From NCBI GenBank assembly GCA_965195285.1, contig CBDAFS010000014.1:32716-96715 (forward strand): DNA of 64,000 nucleotides. The letters are read 5' to 3'. Below the pieces are notes generated by a model. It saw only the letters and a list, made by a program, of their open reading frames with translations, made no database searches and was not told where the DNA came from. The DNA is from an uncultured Aminicenantes bacterium (GTDB lineage Bacteria; Acidobacteriota; Aminicenantia; UBA2199). Numbering within the stretch: position 1 is the first letter of the stretch; each line of letters opens with the position of its first letter. Position numbers and translations under genes: made by a program. Below are positions 35,797 through 45,652 of the stretch, piece by piece.

Positions 35797-38742
35797 TTAC
35801 TCCTTGATTTTTTTTATTGTTATGGGAATTTGTTTCCAGGTTTTAACCTTAAAATCATTTTTGGTTGCCGGTTTGTATTTCCATTCGGCAATAGAGCTGA
35901 TAATCAATGAATTGATTTCAGCTGAAACGGATTTTTTAAGCAGCTTCACTTTTTCCACATTTCCCCGGTGATTGATTAAAATAGTCACTAATAAATTCTG
36001 GTTAGTGGTCAGCGATTTCCTGGTCTTTTTCTGGATTCGGGGCAGGGGGGTCGAAACCGGCTGGGGTTTCGTGTCCAGTTCACTGGCGGTAACGATACTG
36101 CCTTCCGAATAAGTTTTTTTTGGAGGGGGGGGGGCTTCTTTTTTTACTTCCGGTTCGGCGGGGGTGGGGGTGATGGGATCGGGTTGAATATCCTTGGATA
36201 GATTGGATATTTTTTCAGGAGATTTTCTGTTTTTTGGTTGGGGTTGGGGGCTTTGTTTAATGATCTGGGTTCTGGCCTGTTCAAAAGGTTTAATGGTATT
36301 CGTTTTTTTTTTGGATTCGGGTTTTATTATTTCCTCGGATTTTACCGGGTTGGAAGGGATGGGCACCTTGGTCTCGGGAGGTTTATTGTTAATGACTTTG
36401 AACTGATTTGAGGTCAGGGGATCATTATCCCCACTTACAGGAATCAGGACTTCAAATGGATCTTCAATCAATTGAGGATTGCTGGTTTTTTCAGCGGTTT
36501 TATTGACCGGGGAATTTGTCTGGGTTTTTGATATGGCTTCTACAGGCCGGGAATCTGGAGAGAGATATAAGAAATAGTACCCGGCAGCCACTGCCAGGAT
36601 GGGAAACAACAACATAAAAAAGAATTTGAATTTTTTTTTCCTTTTTTCTTTTTTTAAATCCTCCTGTTCGAAGTCAATGAATGAAGGACTCGGGATTTTC
36701 TTCTCTTTCTTGATCAATGGTTCTGGCTGGCCTTCCGGAATCGGGGCTGATGGCTTGGTGTGTTCCTTGATGGGCTTGGGGTTTTCAAAATCGATTTCAA
36801 TGGTGGGAACGAAGTTTTCTTCCTCAGGGGCCTTCTCATCCTTTTTTTTCACTTCGGGCTTTTCCGTATCCAGTGCTGGGGGGGATTCGATTTTTGCTTT
36901 GGCTTTTCTTTTTATCTCGTAGGGGATTTGTTTCAGATCAACTTTTATGTTTTCCTTTTGAATTTCCTTCTTGAACAGATCGTAAAGAAAACGGGAAATA
37001 TGAATGGAGTTGGGTATATGATCGTAATTATTTTGCAAATATGATTCAAGGTCTCGGATCATTTCCGGGGCGCTCTGATACCTCTGATCCCGATCTTTGT
37101 TCAGGGATTTCAGAATGATCCGTTCCAGTTCGGTATTGATGTCATTTTTAAATTCGCTTGGCTTGATAATACTACCGTTTTGAACCTTTTTCAATACTTC
37201 CATTTCTGAAGAATCCAGGAACAGTTTCTCCTGGGTGATGAGTTCGAATAACAGGACTCCCACCGAAAACAGATCGGAACGGCTATCAATATTCTTGTCT
37301 CCCTTGGCCTGTTCCGGAGACATATATAACAATTTTCCCTTTAGTGCGCCCGAAATAGTCTGATGGATTTTGATCGAAGCCTTGGATACTCCGAAATCGG
37401 TGAGTTTTACATCGCCGCCGAATGAGATCATAATATTGGGAGGGGATATATCACGGTGGACAATCTCCAGATTTCTGCCCTGATTGTCTTTGGCAGAATG
37501 GGCATAGCCCAGAGCTTCCAAAACTTTTATGATCAGGTATATGGAAATTTCCTCCGGTATCCATTTATCGATCTTGTTTAACTTTTTCAGGGTTAGGCCC
37601 AGGTCCTTTCCCTGAATATATTCCATGGCAATGAAATAATAGTCATCCTTCTTGCCCAGGTCATATATCTGGACAATGTTGGGATGCGATAATTCAGCGG
37701 CAATTTTGGCTTCATCCACTAACATTTCGATGTATTTATCATCTTCCCCGTATCCGGAAAGGATTTTTTTGATGGCGATAACTTTTTCAAAACCCTTGAC
37801 ACCCTTTTTTTTGGCTTTATATATTTCGGCCATCCCCCCCCGGGCGATCAAGCCCAGGATATCGTAGTCTCCGAGTTCATCGGTTCTTTCCACCGGTGTT
37901 TTGGGAGCCGGTGTTTCCTTGGCCGGCTCCTGGCTGGGTTTGGCTTTTTTATCTTCGATGTCCTTCTTGGGTGTGGTTTTGAGTTTAATTCCCAGCCCGG
38001 AAAGTGTATCCTCCAATTTTTTATTGATGTCATCTTCAATCTTTTTAAATTTTCGTTGGTCCGGTGTTTCACTCTTGACTTTGACCAGGTTGGCCAATTC
38101 CAAATCGATTTTTTCCCGGTTTTTCTTTTTAGACGATTTTGGGGAAACATCTTTGGTTTCTTTTCTGGGTTCAGCTTTCTTGTCTGATTCCTTATCCAAT
38201 TTTATTTCATGGATGGGGATTTTTTCAACCTCATCGATGATATCCCCGAACAGATCATTGGAGGAGTATTTGGTTTTTTCAGGTTCGGATTTTTGAACAG
38301 CCGGGATCTTGGTCGTGTCGGTCAGGGGGATTTCGGTGGTGGGGCTCTGCTCATCTCCCTTGAGATTTTCTTCCTCCAGGTCCAGCAGTTCCAGGATCCG
38401 TTTTTTCAATTGATTTCGGTTCAGAGGTTTTTCCAGGAAGTCATCTGCCTTGTATTGGGTTATGGCCTGGTGTTTGTATTCGATGCCTTTGTAGATGCCA
38501 CTGATAATAAGTATTTTGGTCTGGGGAGACTGGGTTCCGATGAACTGGGATAAATTAAATCCATGGAATTTCGGTAACATGGCAGCCGTAATCACCAGAT
38601 CATAATTCTTGTTTTTAACCAATTCCTTGGCTTTATCCCCTTCGTCTACGGTTTCCATATTAAATACGGGAGAAGACAATATTTCCTGGATTAATTCTAT
38701 TGTGGAGGTATCATATTCCACTAATAAAACATTTTTTTTCAT
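35797..38742 (-). CDS. pseudo-receiver + Hanks Ser/Thr kinase + TM + Pro-rich linker + TonB C-terminal domain
   Basis: REC lacking phospho-Asp (DLVITAAMLP); ARGGMAEIY, AIKK, HRDISPPN, DFG, YMSPEQ; TM; INHRGNVEKVK...WKYKPATK. Confidence 0.85.
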   Translation of the reverse strand: MKKNVLLVEYDTSTIELIQEILSSPVFNMETVDEGDKAKELVKNKNYDLVITAAMLPKFHGFNLSQFIGTQSPQTKILIISGIYKGIEYKHQAITQYKADDFLEKPLNRNQLKKRILELLDLEEENLKGDEQSPTTEIPLTDTTKIPAVQKSEPEKTKYSSNDLFGDIIDEVEKIPIHEIKLDKESDKKAEPRKETKDVSPKSSKKKNREKIDLELANLVKVKSETPDQRKFKKIEDDINKKLEDTLSGLGIKLKTTPKKDIEDKKAKPSQEPAKETPAPKTPVERTDELGDYDILGLIARGGMAEIYKAKKKGVKGFEKVIAIKKILSGYGEDDKYIEMLVDEAKIAAELSHPNIVQIYDLGKKDDYYFIAMEYIQGKDLGLTLKKLNKIDKWIPEEISIYLIIKVLEALGYAHSAKDNQGRNLEIVHRDISPPNIMISFGGDVKLTDFGVSKASIKIHQTISGALKGKLLYMSPEQAKGDKNIDSRSDLFSVGVLLFELITQEKLFLDSSEMEVLKKVQNGSIIKPSEFKNDINTELERIILKSLNKDRDQRYQSAPEMIRDLESYLQNNYDHIPNSIHISRFLYDLFKKEIQKENIKVDLKQIPYEIKRKAKAKIESPPALDTEKPEVKKKDEKAPEEENFVPTIEIDFENPKPIKEHTKPSAPIPEGQPEPLIKKEKKIPSPSFIDFEQEDLKKEKRKKKFKFFFMLLFPILAVAAGYYFLYLSPDSRPVEAISKTQTNSPVNKTAEKTSNPQLIEDPFEVLIPVSGDNDPLTSNQFKVINNKPPETKVPIPSNPVKSEEIIKPESKKKTNTIKPFEQARTQIIKQSPQPQPKNRKSPEKISNLSKDIQPDPITPTPAEPEVKKEAPPPPKKTYSEGSIVTASELDTKPQPVSTPLPRIQKKTRKSLTTNQNLLVTILINHRGNVEKVKLLKKSVSAEINSLIISSIAEWKYKPATKNDFKVKTWKQIPITIKKIKE

Positions 38743-38854
38743 GTTTTGTCTCCATAAATTATGTTACTTGCATTATATAACATTCGATATGTGAATTCAA
38801 ATCACTTCTGTATTTATCATTAGACTTCCAAAGTGTTCTATATTTGTAGCGGGA

Positions 38855-39361
38855 TTAAATCCCCGGGATATGTTTTCTGAGTATCTCGAGTTTACTTCTG
38901 GTTTTGATTCCCACTGGCATCAATATAATCATCAAAATTGCGGATACAAGAAAGATAAATCCGGTTCTTGCGAATGGCATACCCAGCCAGGTTATGATTA
39001 ATCCGAGGATGGGGATGGTTTCGCTGACTGCCAATAGAATAATATCAATTTGACTCCATTTCTGTATTATTTGAGTAAGTGAATAGTCTTCCTTTATCAA
39101 CCGGGTCGAATAGTATATGGTTTTTCGTACTGACAGGATACCGATCAGGATGAGAACGATGACGAATATTAATATCCAGTAGATGTTCTCTCTCACGTTT
39201 TTTTCCAGGTTGAGTTCAAGTTTTACAAAATATGCCATCAGGGCGAAGATCAGGGTTGATCCCAGCATGCTCAAGGCAATCAATTTGGGGGTCCTGGTTT
39301 CTTTGCTGATGATTTCACGTTCTTCCTGCTGTTTTTTATAGTCGATATTCATGAACTCCAT
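38855..39361 (-). CDS. 4-TM hypothetical membrane protein
   Basis: Four hydrophobic segments. Confidence 0.7.
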   Translation of the reverse strand: MEFMNIDYKKQQEEREIISKETRTPKLIALSMLGSTLIFALMAYFVKLELNLEKNVRENIYWILIFVIVLILIGILSVRKTIYYSTRLIKEDYSLTQIIQKWSQIDIILLAVSETIPILGLIITWLGMPFARTGFIFLVSAILMIILMPVGIKTRSKLEILRKHIPGI

Positions 39362-39552
39362 TTACCATTTATCCCGGATGTTGTCAAGATGTAAGGATGA
39401 TTTGATTCCGGCGATGGTTCGGGAGAAAATGGTCAATAGCCTTGAATTTTTTTTTTTGATGTGCTAAAGTTTTTCATCCATCGGCTCGATTTTGGTATTG
39501 ATTCCCTTACTGAAATAAACAAATAAAATGAACAAAATGGAGGTTAACCAAA

Positions 39553-41595
39553 ATGGCTGATCACAACACCGTCAAAGGATTACCTAAAAATGCCTATCGA
39601 AAATTAAAGAAGGGGGAGAGTTTTAGCCCGGTGATTCCCGAAGGCGCACCTCTCCCGGAGGTTACGCTTTATGCATTGGTTTGGGGATTGGTTTATGCGG
39701 TTTTGTTTTCCCTCTCCGCTGCCTACCTGGCACTGAAAATCGGTCAGGTTTTTGAAGCCGCTATTCCCATTGCAATTTTGGCAGTCGGAGTCTCAACCTT
39801 ATTGAAGCGAAAAAATGCGCTTTCTGAGAATGTGATCATTCAATCGATCGGAGGAAGTTCCGGCCTGATTGTTGCCGGTGCGATTTTTACTATTCCTGGG
39901 TTGTACATTCTGGGTGTGGAGGCCTCCTTTACTCAGGTTTTCCTGGCATCGCTCCTGGGTGGATTCTTAGGAATTCTGTTTTTGATTCCATTTCGGAAAT
40001 ATTTTGTCAAAGATATGCATGGTGAATTTCCCTTTCCCGAAGCCACGGCTATCACCGAAGTCTTGGTCACCGGAGAAGCCGGTGGTAACAAGGCAAAATT
40101 ACTAATTAAAGCACTGGCCATCGGCGGAATCTATAACTTTTTGATTGAGGGACTCGGGATCTGGAAAGATAAGGTTTCCACCATCATGTTCGATTGGGGC
40201 AGATGGATTGCGGATCAAGTCAGACTGGAATTTAATTTCAGAACCGGAGCAGCTGTCTTGGGACTAGGGTATATTATCGGGTTGAAATATTCACTGATCA
40301 TTGTCTGCGGCTCATTTTTATCCTGGTGGGTTTTTATTCCGGCCATATATTATATAGGGAAATTCAATCCCGAACCCATACTGAATGCGGCCAAACCTCT
40401 GGCCGAGATGATGCCACAGGAAATTTTTGTAGCCTATGTGCAACCGATTGGCATTGGCGGAATTGCCGCAGCCGGGATCATCGGAATTATTAAATCCAGA
40501 AAAATTATCTATGGTGCATTCAAGCTGGCCGCCAGTGAAATTTTCGGTAGCAAGCTGGGTGAAGGACAAATAAAAAAAAGCGGTCGGTTACAAACCGATA
40601 TCAGTATGAAATGGAATATGGTTTTGCTGTTTTCAACGCTGCTGGGGATCCTGGCTTTTTTCCTGATTGGCGTGGTGAAAGGCAACTGGTTTCATGCTCT
40701 GGTGGGATTGGGACTGGTTACCCTGATATCCTTTCTGTTTACCACAGTTGCTGCCCGGGCCATCGCCATTGTCGGGGTGAACCCGGTTTCCGGCATGACC
40801 CTGATGACCTTGATCCTGTCTTCGGTTATCCTGGTGGCTATTGGACTCAAGGGGAGCAGCGGAATCCTGATTGCCCTGTTAATCGGAAGTGTGGTCTGCA
40901 CTGCACTGTCCATGGCCGGCGGATTCATTACCGATCTGAAGGTGGGCTACTGGCTGGGTACCACTCCCAGAAACCAGGAGCGATTCAAGTTTCTGGGGGT
41001 ATTGCTGTCGGCGGCTTCGGTCGGATTTGTTATCCTGGTGCTGTATAAAACCTATGGGTTCGGGCCCGGGAGTCCGCTTGAAGCACCCCAGGCTTCGGCC
41101 ATGGCTGCCGTACTGAAACCGCTGATGACCGGGATCCCCGCTCCCTGGCTATTGTATCTGGCTGGAATCTTTGTGGCCATTATTCTTGAACTGATAGGGG
41201 TTCCGCCTCTGGCTTTTGCCTTGGGTATGTATCTGCCCTTGTATTTGAATACACCGCTGCTGGCCGGTGGTATTATCGCTCACCTGGTTGGCAAGAGCAG
41301 CAAAGACGAAAATTTACTGGTCAAGAGAAAAGAGCGTGGCACCCTTATTGGATCGGGATTTATTGCCGGGGGAGCACTATTCGGCGTGGTGGCCGCTTTT
41401 ATCACCTTTATCGGCAGGGAAGTTTTCAAGGCCGGTGAGAATTGGTCACTCATGAAGTCCCTGGGAACCGAATTGTGGTATGAAGGTCAAAGTAAATTTC
41501 TGGGATTCATGGGTTCTGAATTTCTTGGCTTCCTGATGTTTGCCCTGCTGTTGATATTTTTCTACTGGTATTCGATCCGAGTTCCTAAGGATTGA
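39553..41595 (+). CDS. OPT family oligopeptide transporter
   Basis: YLALKIGQVFEAAIP, FPFPEATA, NPVSGMTL, TDLKVGYWLGTTP, APQA. Confidence 0.93.
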   Translation: MADHNTVKGLPKNAYRKLKKGESFSPVIPEGAPLPEVTLYALVWGLVYAVLFSLSAAYLALKIGQVFEAAIPIAILAVGVSTLLKRKNALSENVIIQSIGGSSGLIVAGAIFTIPGLYILGVEASFTQVFLASLLGGFLGILFLIPFRKYFVKDMHGEFPFPEATAITEVLVTGEAGGNKAKLLIKALAIGGIYNFLIEGLGIWKDKVSTIMFDWGRWIADQVRLEFNFRTGAAVLGLGYIIGLKYSLIIVCGSFLSWWVFIPAIYYIGKFNPEPILNAAKPLAEMMPQEIFVAYVQPIGIGGIAAAGIIGIIKSRKIIYGAFKLAASEIFGSKLGEGQIKKSGRLQTDISMKWNMVLLFSTLLGILAFFLIGVVKGNWFHALVGLGLVTLISFLFTTVAARAIAIVGVNPVSGMTLMTLILSSVILVAIGLKGSSGILIALLIGSVVCTALSMAGGFITDLKVGYWLGTTPRNQERFKFLGVLLSAASVGFVILVLYKTYGFGPGSPLEAPQASAMAAVLKPLMTGIPAPWLLYLAGIFVAIILELIGVPPLAFALGMYLPLYLNTPLLAGGIIAHLVGKSSKDENLLVKRKERGTLIGSGFIAGGALFGVVAAFITFIGREVFKAGENWSLMKSLGTELWYEGQSKFLGFMGSEFLGFLMFALLLIFFYWYSIRVPKD

Positions 41596-41678
41596 TCCGG
41601 TCGGCTGGGCAGGAAGTTATTTGATTGTTGGTTTGAAAAATTATGTAATTTATCTTATAGTTAAAGCAGGAGATTGCA

Positions 41679-43037
41679 TTGGCTAAAAGTAAAAACGGAA
41701 ACATTGATAAAAAAAACATCGGGCATCCCGAGACTGGCCGGGAAACGAAAATCATTGTGGACCGCGAAATTGATGATACCAAAACCCGTCAATTTCCTCA
41801 GGATCAAATTAAAGAGAGAATCCAGGATCGGAACCAGAATGCAATAGAGAAAACGAGTCCGGAAAATGGTGAAAGCGGCATTTCATTCCGGATACAAAAA
41901 CAATCTCCTTATCGACCCCTGCTGCTCATTCTGGGCATTGTGCTCTTGAGTTTTATTTTCCTCTTCGTTTATCAGATGATTCGATCGCATCGAAATACAA
42001 TGATGTTGAAAAAAGCTACGGAATTGAAAACCCTGCAGGATAGCAATGTCGAATTTTTGAAATCTCTGGAACAGAGGAAACCCATGGCAGAACCGGAGGA
42101 ACAGACCCAAGAGTTTGTTTTTTCGGATGATGCATTTCAGGGAGAAGCCCCTTTGCGTGCTGAAGCTGAGGGAGTTCTGTTTACCAAGGAAAAGGATGCG
42201 GAACTGGTGGCGATAGGGGATGCAATGAATATCCGTGCCCGCCTGCTATTCGGGATAAAAACCACCCAAAAGGGGAATGCCCTCACCGAAACCTGTAATG
42301 GTAATTTTAATGGTTTCAGAATTTCCAGTCTGAAAGTACGGCTGTCTGGAAAAATAATCCAGGATGAGATTTCGATATCAACCCCCTCCCGGGGATTGAT
42401 CAACATAATCGGCAAAACTCTGGATTCAGTCACCCGAACCCGGTATGATCAGGTTTTAAAGGATTTGGAAGCCGCTGGATTGAAGGTATTCAAAAGGTTG
42501 CTGCCAGAAAAAAATTCGGTCCAAATACAGTTGCGAATGACCCGTATTCCCACCTTCCGATCCGGTGATGCTCATCTGTTTACCGGCACCAGTGTGGGAA
42601 ATGTTGCCCTGGGTGCAAAAATATCCGATATGAAATCTCTGCTTCCTCCCCGTTACAGGATGATAAAACGCAGAATTATGATGGAGAATGAATTTAAGAT
42701 AATCTATAAGATAGAAGATCAGAAGCAAACCCCTCTGTTTTACGTTTATGAACGGAATGCCAAGATCTGGGGGATTCAAATTGTGAACGACAGTTTCAGA
42801 ACGGCCCGGGGTCTGGGAATCGGAAGCAGCCTGGGAGCCATGAGGATTTATTATACCAACCTGAATATCCGTTCACTGCCCGGAAAGGTTACTTACCTCT
42901 GGATTAATCAGGAAGATTTCAAGGAGATAAAATTTATTTTAGTCGATGATAAGCGGATCAATTTCGATGACAATATCTTTCCGTTTGACATCAAGGTCAA
43001 TTCTATTATAATCGGGAAATCACCGTATTTGAATTGA
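41679..43037 (+). CDS. single-TM hypothetical protein
   Basis: 452-aa ORF, AGGAG RBS with TTG start, TM near residues 80-100. Confidence 0.65.
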   Translation: MAKSKNGNIDKKNIGHPETGRETKIIVDREIDDTKTRQFPQDQIKERIQDRNQNAIEKTSPENGESGISFRIQKQSPYRPLLLILGIVLLSFIFLFVYQMIRSHRNTMMLKKATELKTLQDSNVEFLKSLEQRKPMAEPEEQTQEFVFSDDAFQGEAPLRAEAEGVLFTKEKDAELVAIGDAMNIRARLLFGIKTTQKGNALTETCNGNFNGFRISSLKVRLSGKIIQDEISISTPSRGLINIIGKTLDSVTRTRYDQVLKDLEAAGLKVFKRLLPEKNSVQIQLRMTRIPTFRSGDAHLFTGTSVGNVALGAKISDMKSLLPPRYRMIKRRIMMENEFKIIYKIEDQKQTPLFYVYERNAKIWGIQIVNDSFRTARGLGIGSSLGAMRIYYTNLNIRSLPGKVTYLWINQEDFKEIKFILVDDKRINFDDNIFPFDIKVNSIIIGKSPYLN

Positions 43038-43039
43038 AT

Positions 43040-44056
43040 TTACTTAAACCTTTCCCGGTTGATGATATATTTTCGAACCGCCCAATTGTGTTCTTTCAGA
43101 GTTTTGGAAAAATAATGGGTTTTGAGATCCTTGGCCACAAAATAGAGGTACTTCGTATTTTCAGGATAGAGAGCTGCCTCAATTGAGGCGATCCCAGGGC
43201 TGCATATCGGACCGGGAGGCAGTCCTCTGTACAGACGTGTATTGTAGCGGGATTTGATTTTTAAATCCTTCCATCTCAATTTGCCGGTATATCGGTTTTC
43301 TTTTTTCAGTATGAAGGCGATGGTCGGATCGCAGGCCAGGGCCATTCCCAGCCTCAGGCGATTGTGAAATACAGAAGAGATCAGGAATCTCTCCTCTCGG
43401 GAGGAGGTCTCCTTTTCTATAAGGGAGGCCAGTATCATGATATCCCGAATCGAAAACTTTATCTCCATTGCTTGCCAAGACATGGTGTAAGAGAAATTTT
43501 TCTTAAATTTCGTCACCATCAACCTGACCAGTTCCGGGGCAGTGGTTTGTTGAGGTACCAGGTAGGTGTCCGGATAGAGATATCCTTCCAGATCCTTGGC
43601 CTTTGGATCAATATTGGCAATGATGCCGGTATCCTGGCAGGCTTTTAAAAAATCCCTGGAGTCGATTTGATGATCGTGTTCCAGAAATTCAGCGGTTTCC
43701 TTAATGGTCATACCCTCTTTTATGGTTATTTTGTACAGTATGACTTTTCCCAGTTCCAATTTGTCAATGATCTGTTTCATGTTCATGGGTTTTTCAAACC
43801 GGTATTCTCCTGATTTTAGTTTGATTGAACTGAAAAACAAACGGTAGTAAATGGAGAAATAGGTATAGCTGGGGATAATCTTTTTTTGATAGAGCAATTT
43901 TCCAATGGCTGAAACCGAAAATCCTTTTTTTATCAAAACCGTAATCGATCCGGAATAACCCTGGTATGGTTTGAATACTTTCTGATAGACGTCCAATCCC
44001 ACCACGACGGAAATCAACAGCAGAATGACCAGCAAAAAGATGATTATTTTTTTCAT
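43040..44056 (-). CDS. mltG: endolytic transglycosylase
   Basis: LEGYLYPDTY, LASLIEKE, VFHNRL, YNT..YRGLPPGPI, YLYFV. Confidence 0.95.
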   Translation of the reverse strand: MKKIIIFLLVILLLISVVVGLDVYQKVFKPYQGYSGSITVLIKKGFSVSAIGKLLYQKKIIPSYTYFSIYYRLFFSSIKLKSGEYRFEKPMNMKQIIDKLELGKVILYKITIKEGMTIKETAEFLEHDHQIDSRDFLKACQDTGIIANIDPKAKDLEGYLYPDTYLVPQQTTAPELVRLMVTKFKKNFSYTMSWQAMEIKFSIRDIMILASLIEKETSSREERFLISSVFHNRLRLGMALACDPTIAFILKKENRYTGKLRWKDLKIKSRYNTRLYRGLPPGPICSPGIASIEAALYPENTKYLYFVAKDLKTHYFSKTLKEHNWAVRKYIINRERFK

Positions 44057-44460
44057 GTCGGGTCCAGGTAATTTTTTAGCATAACCAGGGCAGCGGCAGA
44101 ATCAATGGCTGCTTTTCTTTTTTTATGATCTCTGATGATGGGCTTTAACAGTTCTTCGGCTTCGAAACTGGTCAGGCGCTCATCGACAAACTCGATGTCG
44201 ATATTGAGGTTTTTGCGGAGAAAGTTATTGAATGCTTCAACCTTCCGGGTGATCTGACCGGGAGTGCCGTTCATATTCAAGGGATAGCCCAGGATAATTT
44301 TATCGACTTCATATTCTTCCAGTATTTTTTTTATATGTTCCAGGTCATGTTGGGAATTTTTTCGATTCAGGGGTGTCAGCGGCATGGCCATTTTTATTGA
44401 ACTGTCACCGATTGAAAAGCCGATTCTTTTTTCCCCAAAATCAATGGCCAGAATTTTCAT
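44053..44460 (-). CDS. ruvX: YqgF/RuvX pre-16S rRNA nuclease
   Basis: ILAIDFGEKRIG, GYPLNMNG, DERLTS, IDSAAA. Confidence 0.93.
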   Translation of the reverse strand: MKILAIDFGEKRIGFSIGDSSIKMAMPLTPLNRKNSQHDLEHIKKILEEYEVDKIILGYPLNMNGTPGQITRKVEAFNNFLRKNLNIDIEFVDERLTSFEAEELLKPIIRDHKKRKAAIDSAAALVMLKNYLDPT

Positions 44461-44505
44461 TCATTTTTACCGTTCCCAATATGGTATCGGATTTCTCCCT
44501 GTTTT

Positions 44506-45570
44506 TTAATGTTTTTTCTGGTCATGGTGATACTCGAATCCATAGTCGACAAGCCGCGTGATCAGATCGGTGAATGAAATTCCTTCCAACTGCCATAGCT
44601 TGGGGAACATACTGATTTCAGTGAAACCCGGGATGGTATTTATTTCATTTATGAATACCCGGTCTGTTTTCTTTTCCAGGAAAAAATCGATGCGTGACAT
44701 TCCATTGAGAAACAGGGCCTGGAAAGCGCGCCGGGCCATGCTGCATATGGTCTCCTCAATTTTGAGGTCCAGTTCCGCTGGGATATGGAAGCGTGTTTGG
44801 TTATCCAGGTACTTGTCGGCATAGTCGTAAAACTCGTTGTGCGGGATCAATTCCCCCGGTCTCGATACCTTGATAGCCTGATTGCCCATCACCGACACCT
44901 CGATCTCGTGAGCATCAATTCCCTCTTCGATAATAACGGTGGTATCGTAGCGGAAGGCTATCCGTACGGCTTCTTCTAGATTATCCCAGCATTTGACCTT
45001 GGTGATGCCTACAGATGAACCGAGGGAATTGGGTTTGACAAAAACAGGTAATCGTAGCGAGTTCTGGGTCTCTTTGATGATTTTCCTGCGGTCGTTTTTC
45101 CGGAAATAGACAAATCTAGGCGTATCCAAATCTGCGCACTGAAACATCATCTTGGCCACCGCCTTGTTCATGGCAAGAGCTGAGGAAAAACTGCTGGCAC
45201 CCACATAAGGCGCGCCGGCCAGCTCCAATAGCCCCTGAATGCGACCATCCTCACCGTTGGGTCCGTGGAGAACAGGAAAGTAAATGTCACAGGAGAAGGG
45301 TTCGAGAACTCCGCTCTCCCACGGAGTGAAGGAATGGAAACCATCCCTGGCTTTTGATAGCAACTCGGATCCTTTATAGGATGGGGTTTTGAGCAGGGTG
45401 TCACCGTCTATACGGCACCAATTTCCCCCGGGATTGATGTAGATTAGCAGGGGATCGAAACGCGACCGGTCGAGGTTGGAGTAGGTAGCCTTGGCAGACT
45501 CAATCGAGACTTCGTGTTCCGCGGACATGCCGCCGAAAATGATACCGATGGATGTCTTTTTGTGATTCAT
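44506..45570 (-). CDS. ddl: D-alanine--D-alanine ligase
   Basis: FGGMSAEHEVS, LHGPNGEDG, GSSVG, FYDYADKY, NEINTIPG. Confidence 0.95.
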   Translation of the reverse strand: MNHKKTSIGIIFGGMSAEHEVSIESAKATYSNLDRSRFDPLLIYINPGGNWCRIDGDTLLKTPSYKGSELLSKARDGFHSFTPWESGVLEPFSCDIYFPVLHGPNGEDGRIQGLLELAGAPYVGASSFSSALAMNKAVAKMMFQCADLDTPRFVYFRKNDRRKIIKETQNSLRLPVFVKPNSLGSSVGITKVKCWDNLEEAVRIAFRYDTTVIIEEGIDAHEIEVSVMGNQAIKVSRPGELIPHNEFYDYADKYLDNQTRFHIPAELDLKIEETICSMARRAFQALFLNGMSRIDFFLEKKTDRVFINEINTIPGFTEISMFPKLWQLEGISFTDLITRLVDYGFEYHHDQKKH

Positions 45571-45652
45571 TTTAAAATCAACCTTCTACCATACTTTTAG
45601 AATGGAGTAAAGTTTTTGCCCGGTCATCTCATGAACCGAATCGGTTCAGGCA

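Noticed and set aside
44506-45570. Van-type (D-Ala-D-Lac) ligase or foreign ddl
   Set aside because: The omega loop FYDYADKY is the D-Ala-D-Ala type and no vanH/vanX is adjacent; the slightly different word usage was not quantified
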